NCBI GenBank assembly: GCA_039809245.1
Contig: JBDHUP010000001.1
Span: forward strand, 100,137 to 164,136
DNA from: Minisyncoccia bacterium
GTDB lineage: Bacteria > Patescibacteriota > Minisyncoccia > Phycocordibacterales > UBA9973
Direction of reading: 5' to 3'
DNA length: 64,000 nt
Part shown: in pieces, positions 1 through 8,537 of the stretch
How the letters are laid out: every line of letters starts with the position of its first letter
Position numbering within the stretch: position 1 is the first letter of the stretch
Translations under genes and position numbers: made by a program
The notes under the pieces: generated by a model
What the model was told of the DNA's origin: nothing
What the model saw: the letters and a program-made list of their open reading frames with translations, nothing else
Databases searched by the model: none

Positions 1-742
1 CCCATTCTATTTCTGTTGATTTTGATGGAGACATTCCAGCTTCAATAAGGGCTTGATCTTCCTGTCGCTTCTTAAAAAGCTTCCCTTTGAGCATTTCTAT
101 CGCTTTCTCACGGTTTTGCTCTTGTGAACGTTCGGTTGTAACGTGAACTGAGATGTTAGTAGGAATATGGACAATTCGCACTGCCGTCTCACGCTTGTTT
201 ACATTCTGTCCACCAGGACCACCTGACTTTGAAAACTCAATTTTCATATCTTCTGGGCGAATTTCAATAGCACTATCATCTGCCGTAAACTTCGGCACGA
301 CTTCCACAAGCGAGAATGAAGTATGGCGAAGTGACTTAGCATTAAATGGCGATATGCGCACAAGTCGATGGACTCCAGATTCATTCTTTAGAGTCCCATA
401 TGCATTTTTACCTACTACTTCAATAGAGACATTACGGTAACCACCAACTTCATTCTTGTTCTCATGGATAAGCCCTACCTCCCAACCCATCTTCTCGATA
501 TATTTAAGATACATTCGAAGAAGCATAGAAGAGAAATCTTCAGCATCATCCCCTCCTGCACCAGAAACAATGGAAAGGATTGCATTTCCTTTGTCGTATT
601 TTGCAGCACCTAGGAGTTCGTTTTTAAGTTCGGCTATTTTTTTGATTACACTTTGAGCTTTTGCCTTATCTTTCCAGAAATCCACACTGTTCATATCGGC
701 TTCTAGAATTTCTATCTCTTTTTGTATCGCATCTTTATCCAT
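1..742 (-). CDS. prfB: Peptide chain release factor 2-like protein. The C-terminus runs off the window start. The reading frame is contiguous with no frameshift, and domain 1 is short.
   Basis: Minus-strand translation from the ATG at 740-742 reads MDKDAIQKEIEILEADMNSVDFWKDKAKAQ...SGAGGDDAEDF...GVHRLVRISPF...SGGPGGQNVNKRETAVRIVHIPT...STEIEW. It carries the GGQ motif and the RF2-type EIEWG motif after the coiled region. It is not in the ORF track because it has no stop codon inside the window. Confidence 0.8.
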   Translation of the reverse strand, partial: MDKDAIQKEIEILEADMNSVDFWKDKAKAQSVIKKIAELKNELLGAAKYDKGNAILSIVSGAGGDDAEDFSSMLLRMYLKYIEKMGWEVGLIHENKNEVGGYRNVSIEVVGKNAYGTLKNESGVHRLVRISPFNAKSLRHTSFSLVEVVPKFTADDSAIEIRPEDMKIEFSKSGGPGGQNVNKRETAVRIVHIPTNISVHVTTERSQEQNREKAIEMLKGKLFKKRQEDQALIEAGMSPSKSTEIEW

Positions 743-763
743 CGAAACATTATAACAAAAATG

Positions 764-836
764 AGCCGAAGGACAGAATTGAACTGTCGACCTACCCCTT
801 ACGAAGGGGTTGCTCTACCAACTGAGCTACTTCGGC
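764..836 (-). tRNA. tRNA-Thr (anticodon CGU)
   Basis: Reverse complement is GCCGAAGTAGCTCAGTTGGTAGAGCAACCCCTTCGTAAGGGGTAGGTCGACAGTTCAATTCTGTCCTTCGGCT. It folds as a cloverleaf with anticodon loop TTCGTAA. Confidence 0.8.
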
Positions 837-1002
837 AATATTTTACATATTACACTATTGCAATAGAAAATTGCATATGATACATTTGAAATATGAGTCG
901 CAAAATATATTTCAATACACCCTTTATCTGCCTCCCTTGGAATCCAAGTGAAGGGTTGTCTTTTGTAATGTAGCGAACTATCTCTCCGTTAAATTATAAA
1001 AA

Positions 1003-1035
1003 AGAGCCCTCCACTCGGGGCTCTTTTAAATTTTT
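1003..1035. terminator. Hairpin (AGAGCCC/GGGCTCT) followed by a T-run. It lies upstream of the proC-like gene and could be a terminator or attenuator.
   Basis: Inverted repeat at 1003-1009 and 1018-1024, then tttaaattttt. Confidence 0.35.
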
Positions 1036-1073
1036 GTACATTCACAATTTCATAACACTTAAAACTTAAACCC

Positions 1074-2042
1074 ATGAGTAAGAAAATTGGCATTGTTGGC
1101 CCAAAAGGAAATGTTGGTAATGCATTTATTAATGCATTTACTAATTACAGTAATGAATTTGGTGCAGAGGATATCTATCCTATTACCAGAGATTACTTTG
1201 ATAGCGATATACGTTCCGGCTTAAGAGATATCAATCTCAAAGAAATGGATATGGTTATCTTAGCGGTAAAACCAAAAGACGCTATCCAAGCGCTGAGCCT
1301 TATGAGAGGTGAAATTTCTCCTTATACTTTAATAATTTCGCCGGTCTCTGGCTTAAGTATTAATGTAATTGGAGATATGCTTCGTATTAAACAAGACCGT
1401 ATTGTGAAAATTACACTCAATACAAATATTGAGTACAGTAATGGTATTGTTATTTACAACACAGCCTCAAAAAGTGTAGGGAGGCAGGTTGAAGAAATTT
1501 TTTCATCATTTTGTAAAGCAGTAATTGAAAAACCAGGAAGAAAAATAACTCCTGCCATTACAACAGTTGGATCAGGAAATGCATTCTTCGCTAAGCTGAT
1601 TTTATTACGTTATGAGCAATTCTCAGATATTCCTTTTGTGGAGTTTATTAAAGGGATATCTATGAATGACATTTTCATTGAAAAATATATAGATGCGGTA
1701 GAAAAAGCATCTAGAAAATTATTCAATGATGATTCACTCATAAGGATAGGCTCAGAAAGCACCTTGCATGCACTTAGAAAATCTTGCACAAGCAAAGATG
1801 ATGTAAAATTACACATCGAGAAAGTAGCTACTAAGGGCGGATGTACAAGAGTAGGTATTGATGACTTTGATACCTTGGAAAAAGTTACTGAGGAATTTTT
1901 CACTCCAACCTTTGCAAAAGTTCACAAAAAGGCAAAATCATTTCAAAGACTTATTAATGGTGATTTTAAGAAATGGAAAGAATTTAATTCCATTAAAAGA
2001 ATTACTAAATCACCTGATGGTTATTGCCAGCCACTGTGGTAA
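1074..2042 (+). CDS. Pyrroline-5-carboxylate reductase-like NAD(P)-binding oxidoreductase (ProC family)
   Basis: N-terminal Rossmann motif IGIVGPKGNVGNAF, and a P5CR-like C-terminal dimerisation region. Confidence 0.45.
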   Translation: MSKKIGIVGPKGNVGNAFINAFTNYSNEFGAEDIYPITRDYFDSDIRSGLRDINLKEMDMVILAVKPKDAIQALSLMRGEISPYTLIISPVSGLSINVIGDMLRIKQDRIVKITLNTNIEYSNGIVIYNTASKSVGRQVEEIFSSFCKAVIEKPGRKITPAITTVGSGNAFFAKLILLRYEQFSDIPFVEFIKGISMNDIFIEKYIDAVEKASRKLFNDDSLIRIGSESTLHALRKSCTSKDDVKLHIEKVATKGGCTRVGIDDFDTLEKVTEEFFTPTFAKVHKKAKSFQRLINGDFKKWKEFNSIKRITKSPDGYCQPLW

Positions 2043-2094
2043 AGTTCAAAAAACAAGATTAATTCCCTTCTCTCTAGAGGGGAATTTTTTATTG

Positions 2095-2166
2095 AGCCGT
2101 CGGTGAGAATCGGACTCACGGTCTCTGTCTTACCAAGACAGTGCTTTACCACTAAGCTACGACGGC
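2095..2166 (-). tRNA. tRNA-Thr (anticodon GGU)
   Basis: Reverse complement is GCCGTCGTAGCTTAGTGGTAAAGCACTGTCTTGGTAAGACAGAGACCGTGAGTCCGATTCTCACCGACGGCT. Anticodon loop is TTGGTAA. Confidence 0.8.
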
Positions 2167-2261
2167 AAACTAATAGCGCTCATAGTACTATAATTGTGAC
2201 TTATTTTCAAACAAAAAAAGATCCTTCCTAAGAAAAATCTTTTTATTCTATTCTTTATTGT

Positions 2262-2483
2262 TTACTCCCATAACCATATTATGTCATGAAAAGGATCCGC
2301 CTTTTCTATTTTCATATGATATGTAATCCCATTAGCAATCAGAATTTCATCTTTAGGATTTAATCTGATTTCCATTAAAAGAGAGTAATCAAAGAAATGG
2401 ACTGTTTCAATTATTTTAGTTTCCCCAAATTCTTTCCATGCTTCTGCGTGTTGGGTCAATAAAACTGATACATATATATGCAT
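2262..2483 (-). CDS. Hypothetical small protein (73 aa)
   Basis: ORF only. No recognisable motif. Confidence 0.2.
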   Translation of the reverse strand: MHIYVSVLLTQHAEAWKEFGETKIIETVHFFDYSLLMEIRLNPKDEILIANGITYHMKIEKADPFHDIIWLWE

Positions 2484-2645
2484 AATAAATTTTTAGAAAT
2501 GAACAATGTTTTAAATATAACTGTAATATTAAACTATCTTGTATTTTTGTCAAAAAGATTTTAAATATAGTAATTGCAAAATTCCTAATTTTAAGTATAA
2601 TAACGAATAGGCTCTTAGGAGCGTTTTATTATAGTAAAATAACGC

Positions 2646-2651
2646 TATAAT
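2646..2651 (+). promoter_or_regulatory. Candidate -10 box (TATAAT) 10 nt upstream of the first tRNA of the cluster
   Basis: gctataatatggtaata sits immediately before the tRNA start at 2662. Confidence 0.3.
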
Positions 2652-2661
2652 ATGGTAATAT

Positions 2662-2732
2662 AGCGGGGTAGAGAAATGGTATCTCGCAAGGCTCATAACC
2701 TTGAGGCCCTAGTTCGATTCTAGGCCCCGCAA
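2662..2732 (+). tRNA. tRNA-Met (CAU), initiator-like. It has an A1:A72 mismatch and an A11:U24 pair.
   Basis: AGCGGGGTAGAGAAATGGTATCTCGCAAGGCTCATAACCTTGAGGCCCTAGTTCGATTCTAGGCCCCGCAA. T8, the CTCATAA loop and TTCGATT are all present. Confidence 0.7.
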
Positions 2733-2789
2733 CAAGCTAGGCATAGTGGCAGTGCCATAAATAACTAAGCCTTGGTGATTATGTTTTAT

Positions 2790-2866
2790 GTCGGCGTAGC
2801 TCAGCTGGTTAGAGCGTGGGACTCATAAGCCCAAGGTCGGTGGTTCGATCCCACCCGTCGACACCA
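2790..2866 (+). tRNA. tRNA with CAU anticodon (elongator Met or Ile2-type). CCA is encoded.
   Basis: GTCGGCGTAGCTCAGCTGGTTAGAGCGTGGGACTCATAAGCCCAAGGTCGGTGGTTCGATCCCACCCGTCGACACCA. Confidence 0.75.
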
Positions 2867-2896
2867 GTCGGAGATAAACCGACAAGTTTAAAAAAT

Positions 2897-2950
2897 GCAG
2901 TCGTAGCTCAACTCAATTAGAATACAGCGAGCACCCGCCTAGGCGGTCGC
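2897..2950 (+). pseudogene. tRNA-Asp fragment (disrupted partial copy of the downstream tRNA-Asp)
   Basis: Its first 17 nt (GCAGTCGTAGCTCAACT) and a later 12 nt (GAGCACCCGCCT) are identical to the intact tRNA-Asp at 2988. A 15-nt insertion interrupts it, and the sequence diverges after the anticodon stem 5' strand. The upstream aaaaatgcagtcg context is also duplicated. Confidence 0.5.
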
Positions 2951-2987
2951 TTAAAAAATTGATAAAGTTATAGTGCAATATAGAAAT

Positions 2988-3061
2988 GCAGTCGTAGCTC
3001 AACTGGTTAGAGCACCCGCCTGTCACGCGGGAGGTTGAGGGTTCAAGTCCCTTCGACTGCG
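2988..3061 (+). tRNA. tRNA-Asp (GUC)
   Basis: GCAGTCGTAGCTCAACTGGTTAGAGCACCCGCCTGTCACGCGGGAGGTTGAGGGTTCAAGTCCCTTCGACTGCG. Discriminator is G. Confidence 0.85.
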
Positions 3062-3065
3062 CAAT

Positions 3066-3098
3066 AACAAAACACCGCACTAGTGCGGTGTTTTGTTA
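3066..3098. terminator. Bidirectional rho-independent terminator between tRNA-Asp (+) and ORF206 (-)
   Basis: Perfect inverted repeat aacaaaacaccgcac/gtgcggtgttttgtt with loop tagt. Confidence 0.7.
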
Positions 3099-3716
3099 TA
3101 TCACCCCAGCTTCTTCAAAAAAGTTCTGGAACATCTTAATAACTCGACGTCCTTCAACTTGCGACAATGGGAAATCTGAGCCTTTATGAGCGATCTGGTT
3201 TCTTACAATATGAGCATCCCAAGCACTTTGAATAGTTTGGTAACCACTAGATCTAGCTCCCTCAAGTAGCTCATTAACAGTATCACCTGAAAATCCTTTT
3301 TCTCTTAGAACCTCCTCTAACATTGAATCAGCCTCAATCACTGCCACTCGCCAATCAGAATCATTAGAACTTTCAATTAAGGTAAGTATATAATGCCAAC
3401 GTGGATTTTCAGCTATTTCTTTTTCTCTGTCGTGCATTAGAGCTTCATGTATCTCATGGTCTATTTCTCTCTTTTCTTCTAACTGGATCTCTCTCATACG
3501 AACCAAAGAATATATTATGATTGCTATAGCGAGCAAAGATATTAATGAAGAAATAACTCCAAGCACAGTCCATGTATGCGGATTAGCAAAGAAAGCTATT
3601 ATCGGTTTGAGAAAAGCCAATATCTTATTGAAAACATATTCGATGTTCAAATATGTAGGGTCAAAAAGTGGTTGGTTTATTATAGGCTCAACTATGCCTT
3701 GCTGTTCCATATGCAA
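3096..3716 (-). CDS. Membrane-anchored hypothetical protein. The C-terminal region carries an HEPN-like Rx4H motif (RNQIAH).
   Basis: One predicted TM segment (LGVISSLISLLAIAIIIYSL). C-terminus reads SAWDAHIVRNQIAHKGSDFPL. The start overlaps the gatA stop region, so it is the last gene of the operon. Confidence 0.4.
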   Translation of the reverse strand: MHMEQQGIVEPIINQPLFDPTYLNIEYVFNKILAFLKPIIAFFANPHTWTVLGVISSLISLLAIAIIIYSLVRMREIQLEEKREIDHEIHEALMHDREKEIAENPRWHYILTLIESSNDSDWRVAVIEADSMLEEVLREKGFSGDTVNELLEGARSSGYQTIQSAWDAHIVRNQIAHKGSDFPLSQVEGRRVIKMFQNFFEEAGVI

Positions 3717-3724
3717 GTATTATA

Positions 3725-5146
3725 CTAGTTTTTTATTGTATTCTCAAAGGTTTTACCAACACTAAAGAGTATATCCTCTCGGAAACGTGGAGCGGTGATA
3801 TGGAATCCGAGTGGTAAACCATTTGAAGTTAATCCTGAAGGAATTGATATAGCAGGAAGTCCAGCAATACTTGCGGGCACTGTAAATAAATCAGACATAT
3901 ACATCGCGATAGGATCATTTGATTTCTCGCCAAATTTAAATGGTGGAAATGGTACGGTCGGAGTAATGATAGCGTCCACATCTTCAAAAACATTTGCAAG
4001 TTCAGCCTTTATGGATTCACGTACGTTAACGGCTTTGTTATAGTAAGCATCGTAGTATCCATGAGATAGAATATAAGTCCCTAAAAGAATTCGGCGTTTA
4101 ACCTCTTTACCGAACCCCTCTCCCCTAGTTTTAGCATAAACATCAAAAAGTTTATCAGCTTCTACTGAGAGTCCATACCTTATACCATCATAACGAGCAA
4201 GGTTACTTGAAACTTCAGCCGGCATAACAATGTAATACACCGCAAGGGAGTATTTAATAAGAGGGAGTGAGACATCTACAAGCTCATAACCTTCACTCTT
4301 TAGCTTCTCACAACTCTCTTCAAAATTTTTTAGAACTTCTTTATCTATACCATCACCAGAAAGAAAAGCTCGCGGAACTCCCAACTTCTTTTTCAAAGGG
4401 AGCGGTTTGGTTCGAAGTTCTTTAGGGATAGAAGTACTATCTTTATCATCATAGCCACTTACTGCATCATAAAGTATTTCAACATCGCGGACAGTCTTAC
4501 CAATAGGACCAACCTGATCAAGAGAACTTGCCATAGATATAATTCCAGATCGAGAGATATTGCCATATGTTGGCTTCATCCCTACTACTCCGCAAAATGA
4601 GGCTGGTTGTCTAACAGAACCACCAGTATCACTACCTAGTGACACAAGAGCTCCATCCATAGCCACCACGGCGACTGACCCTCCAGATGTACCACCAGGA
4701 ACATATTCACGATTCACTGGGTTACGAGTAATACCAAAAGCACTAGTCTCAGTTGAGCTTCCCATAGCGAATTCATCCATATTGGCACGACCCATGATAA
4801 CTGCACCCTCTTCTTTTAATTGCTTTACTACTCCGCAATCATAAGTCGCTTTATAATTCTCTAGTATCTTTGACCCGGCTGATGAAATCTGTCCTTCAAC
4901 TAACATATTATCTTTAAGAGCAACGGGTATACCTGTCATTAATACTGCCTTTCCATCTTTAAACATTTGCTCTGCTCTCTTTGCCTGATCTAGAATATCA
5001 TTAAAAACTTCTAGGTATCCATTGATATCTTCATTTTTCTCTTTTATAACTTCAAGATAAGCATTTACTAAGTCTGTTACAGTAAAATCGCCTTTCTTTA
5101 GGCTCTCGTGAGCTTTTTCAATTGTAAGGTTTTTGAGATCTATCAT
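3725..5146 (-). CDS. gatA: Glutamyl-tRNA(Gln) amidotransferase subunit A
   Basis: 473 aa. Amidase signature region (GGSSGGSVAAVAM...), typical GatA N- and C-termini. Confidence 0.9.
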   Translation of the reverse strand: MIDLKNLTIEKAHESLKKGDFTVTDLVNAYLEVIKEKNEDINGYLEVFNDILDQAKRAEQMFKDGKAVLMTGIPVALKDNMLVEGQISSAGSKILENYKATYDCGVVKQLKEEGAVIMGRANMDEFAMGSSTETSAFGITRNPVNREYVPGGTSGGSVAVVAMDGALVSLGSDTGGSVRQPASFCGVVGMKPTYGNISRSGIISMASSLDQVGPIGKTVRDVEILYDAVSGYDDKDSTSIPKELRTKPLPLKKKLGVPRAFLSGDGIDKEVLKNFEESCEKLKSEGYELVDVSLPLIKYSLAVYYIVMPAEVSSNLARYDGIRYGLSVEADKLFDVYAKTRGEGFGKEVKRRILLGTYILSHGYYDAYYNKAVNVRESIKAELANVFEDVDAIITPTVPFPPFKFGEKSNDPIAMYMSDLFTVPASIAGLPAISIPSGLTSNGLPLGFHITAPRFREDILFSVGKTFENTIKN

Positions 5147-5418
5147 AGTATTTGTTTAACTTTCAAAAAGCCGTCCTGTGAGTCTGGCATTTGTTCTATT
5201 ATCTTGTCGCTGCATTCACCAGACTTATTAGTCACTACATCTTCACGCATAACATTCTCTAATACATAGACTGGAGTTGTGTCAGACTGTTTTACCTCCT
5301 GGACTTGGCCAACATACGCTAAAATAGGGTCAAATTCATTGGCCATATTCTCAAGCTCCTCTTCACTCATATCGAGCCTGGCCATAGTAGCCAGCTTTTT
5401 AATATCGTCTAATTGCAT
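5143..5418 (-). CDS. gatC: Glutamyl-tRNA(Gln) amidotransferase subunit C
   Basis: 91 aa. Reads MQLDDIKKLATMARLDMSEEELENMANEF..., GatC-like. Overlaps the gatA start by 4 nt. Confidence 0.8.
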   Translation of the reverse strand: MQLDDIKKLATMARLDMSEEELENMANEFDPILAYVGQVQEVKQSDTTPVYVLENVMREDVVTNKSGECSDKIIEQMPDSQDGFLKVKQIL

Positions 5419-5436
5419 TTCCTCAGAATAGCATAT

Positions 5437-7437
5437 TTAAAGAATCTTTAAAAACTCTTTTTCATTTAGAATTTTTACTCCTAATTTCTGGGCATCATTA
5501 TATTTACTACCTGGTTCATCCCCTGCTACCACATAATTTGTAGCTTTAGAAACCGAACTTGATACTTTGCCACCTTGCGATGTGATTTTTGCTTTAGCTT
5601 CATTGCGCCCCATAGATGATAGAGTCCCAGTAAGAACAAAAGTCTGCCCCGTGAGCTTACCACCTTTTGTAACTTTTGCTTTTTCTACAATAACTCCATT
5701 CTCTAAAAGTTTTTTAATAAAATTAATATTTTCTTTCTGTCTAAAGAAATCATTTACACTCTTGGAAACCACAGGCCCAATATTTTCAATACTATTAATA
5801 TCATCAATGCTTGCTTTTGAGATTTTATCTAAAGTTCCAAAATGGTTGGCGATATCTTGAGCTGTTTGCTCCCCTACATGAAGTATTCCAAGGGCATATA
5901 TAAATCGCCAAAGTGGAACTTTCTTATGAGATTCAATTGAAGAAATAATATTCTCAGCAGACTTTTCTCCGAAACGCTCGAGTCCGGATAAATCGGCAGT
6001 CTCTAGAGTGAATAGATCAGCAGTGTCACTTATAAGACCTTCATCTTTTAGGCGATCGAGAATTTTAGGACCAATAGTATATATTTCAAAAATATTTACA
6101 AAGTGCTGCATCCCCCTTCTGTTCTTCGCTGGACAATTCCTATTTGTGCAATAATATGCGACACTTGTTTTCTCTGATTCTCTTTTTTCAACTAGAGAAT
6201 TACACACAGGGCATTTCTCTGGCATTTTAAATTTTTTCTCTTTACCTGTACGCATTTTTACTAAAGTTTCTACAACTTCAGGAATAACATCCCCAGCTTT
6301 TTGAATAACAACTGTATCACCGATACGAATATCGAGCCGATTAATCTGATCCATATTATGGAGTGTAGCTTTAGATATTGTAGATCCTGCAACAAATGTA
6401 GGTTTAAAATGAGCAAGAGGTGTAAGTACTCCTGTTCGCCCAACATTTACAGTTATATCGGTCACAGTGGTTGTAGCGCGTTCTGCTGGATACTTGAAAG
6501 CTACCATATAACGCGGAGCCTTACCGACAACTCCAATAATATCCTGGAGTTCTAATTCATCAACAGATACGACAATACCATCAGTACCATATGGTAATTT
6601 ATCTCGGATTAAACCGACCTCATCTATAAATGAAAATATACCTTCTAGATTCTTAGATTTCTTTTCATAAGGAGCAACTTGAAACCCTAATTCTCTTAAA
6701 TACTTGTGCTCTTCTGAATGTGTTTCAATTTTTAACTTCTCTTTATCAGATTGTAGTTGTTTTATATCCCAAGCAAAGAAATCTAAACCTCTTTCTAAAA
6801 CAATTTTGGGGTCAAGCTGGCGTAGCGACCCTGCGGCTGCATTTCGAGTGTTAGCAAAAGGTATTTTACCCTCACGTTCTTGGATTTTGTTTAATTTACG
6901 CCAAGCTCTTTTGGGCATCACAACCTCACCACGAACTTCTACATACTCGGGAGAGAATTTAAGTTTAAGTGGTATTGTATTTATCATTTTCAAATTCTCA
7001 GTTATATCTTCTCCTATAAATCCATCACCACGAGTTCCACCTTGGGCAAAAGTACCATTTTTATAAATAAGAGATACTGCAAGTCCATCAAGTTTTAATT
7101 CGCAAAAATATGTATGTGGTTTGTCTATTAACTTCTCTACTCTCTTCTCCCAATCTTTTACTTCATCTTTATTAAATGCATCGTTAAGAGATAGCATTCT
7201 TTTCTCATGTTTTAGTTTCTTGAATTTATCAAGAGGCTTCCCTGCCACACGATTAACGGCGCTGTTTATATCAGCATATTTTGGATATTCCTTCTCTAGT
7301 TGAGATAGTTCCCTTGTTAGAGATTCATATATATCATCTGTAGTTTTTGGGTCATTCTCCACATGATATTTAAAACGCAATCTAGAAATCTCTTCCCGAA
7401 GTTTTTGTATTCGGTTTTTAGCTTCGATATCTTTCAT
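5437..7437 (-). CDS. ligA: NAD-dependent DNA ligase
   Basis: 666 aa. Adenylation motif KLDGLAVSL, Zn-finger cysteines, and HhH and BRCT-like C-terminus. Confidence 0.9.
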   Translation of the reverse strand: MKDIEAKNRIQKLREEISRLRFKYHVENDPKTTDDIYESLTRELSQLEKEYPKYADINSAVNRVAGKPLDKFKKLKHEKRMLSLNDAFNKDEVKDWEKRVEKLIDKPHTYFCELKLDGLAVSLIYKNGTFAQGGTRGDGFIGEDITENLKMINTIPLKLKFSPEYVEVRGEVVMPKRAWRKLNKIQEREGKIPFANTRNAAAGSLRQLDPKIVLERGLDFFAWDIKQLQSDKEKLKIETHSEEHKYLRELGFQVAPYEKKSKNLEGIFSFIDEVGLIRDKLPYGTDGIVVSVDELELQDIIGVVGKAPRYMVAFKYPAERATTTVTDITVNVGRTGVLTPLAHFKPTFVAGSTISKATLHNMDQINRLDIRIGDTVVIQKAGDVIPEVVETLVKMRTGKEKKFKMPEKCPVCNSLVEKRESEKTSVAYYCTNRNCPAKNRRGMQHFVNIFEIYTIGPKILDRLKDEGLISDTADLFTLETADLSGLERFGEKSAENIISSIESHKKVPLWRFIYALGILHVGEQTAQDIANHFGTLDKISKASIDDINSIENIGPVVSKSVNDFFRQKENINFIKKLLENGVIVEKAKVTKGGKLTGQTFVLTGTLSSMGRNEAKAKITSQGGKVSSSVSKATNYVVAGDEPGSKYNDAQKLGVKILNEKEFLKIL

Positions 7438-7445
7438 AAATTTTA

Positions 7446-7943
7446 CTAATAGGTAACTTTAATCTCACGTTCAACAGTCTTAGGATTTAGTTTGTTGCAA
7501 CTATTATAACCTCGAGCAAATATATTAGTTTTTATTAAACCAGTTCCATCATCGGCTTTAACAACTTCGAAATCAAAACATGGTATGGATTGACCAGACA
7601 AACTAGAGAATGTAGTGTAATTATCTCCAGTTCCTGATATCGAAAATGACATATCATTACCATTTAAATCTTTTCCACAGCTCCAGCTTGGAGGAAGACT
7701 TGAAGACATATCTAAAACATTATCTGCATAGAGTGCACACTCTGTCGCTGTATCAGATTGGAAAAAAGATAATTGTGAATCATTAGCTAAAGATGACAGA
7801 ACCAACTGCTTATAAGTTGAGTTAGATAAACCTAAAGCTATCATAGATATGATACTAACAACTACTACTGCAAATAGTACAGCATATCCTTTATTATTAA
7901 ATTTTAGTGTTTTAATAATTTTCATAATTTTTATTGTTGCCAA
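7446..7943 (-). CDS. Pilin-like or pseudopilin-like secreted protein with a degenerate prepilin signal (KGYAVLFAVVVV, no Glu5)
   Basis: Lies in the minor-pilin run. It has a hydrophobic N-terminal helix and Cys pairs in the C-terminal region. Confidence 0.35.
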   Translation of the reverse strand: MATIKIMKIIKTLKFNNKGYAVLFAVVVVSIISMIALGLSNSTYKQLVLSSLANDSQLSFFQSDTATECALYADNVLDMSSSLPPSWSCGKDLNGNDMSFSISGTGDNYTTFSSLSGQSIPCFDFEVVKADDGTGLIKTNIFARGYNSCNKLNPKTVEREIKVTY

Positions 7944-8536
7944 TTCAATAGACTAACTCTAGATGATCTAGATTTCACAAGGTTACCATTACGCCATTCC
8001 ACTACAACCTTTATATCTAGCTCGTTTGAGTTATTAATAAGTGGGTTTATCGACATACTTACCATTCGTTTAAAACTACTAGGTTTACCAGCTTTGTATG
8101 TATAAAAATCTTTATTAGCAGCAGTTTCATCATAATTAAACAATTTACAATCTATAGTACCGAAATTATTTGTATGCGGTGTATTACAAACATTTATATT
8201 ATCAGAAGAAGTATTAGCCGGCTCTATTTCACATCCAGCAGCTGAGAAGCATGAACTAGAGGTAGAGTAACCGTACTTATTTAAGAAATTAAACCATCCT
8301 CCGTCTATATCTGCACTTTTTTGAAATGCATAAGTATCACGATCATTTCTTATATAATCTATAGCTTCTTGAATTAAATAGTTTGCGGTTATGTCATTTT
8401 TTGAATATCGAGCTGAAAACAAACTGCTAGATATAAGGCCGAGTAAACCATTCATAGCCACAGCAAGGATAAAAACTGCTATCATCGTCTCTATAAGAGT
8501 AAAACCTTTATTGTGTTTTTTATTAAAAATTTTCAT
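7931..8536 (-). CDS. Type IV minor pilin (prepilin N-terminal methylation motif)
   Basis: KGFTLIETMIAVFILAV class III signal. Confidence 0.75.
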   Translation of the reverse strand: MKIFNKKHNKGFTLIETMIAVFILAVAMNGLLGLISSSLFSARYSKNDITANYLIQEAIDYIRNDRDTYAFQKSADIDGGWFNFLNKYGYSTSSSCFSAAGCEIEPANTSSDNINVCNTPHTNNFGTIDCKLFNYDETAANKDFYTYKAGKPSSFKRMVSMSINPLINNSNELDIKVVVEWRNGNLVKSRSSRVSLLNWQQ

Positions 8537-8537
8537 A

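Noticed and set aside
153-656. + strand ORFs 153..440 and 456..656
   Set aside because: They are antisense to the release-factor gene. The 153..440 frame encodes the reverse reading of the GGQ region.
1-742. Programmed +1 frameshift site in prfB
   Set aside because: It was looked for, but the frame is continuous from the ATG and a tRNA gene occupies the position where the upstream leader would be.
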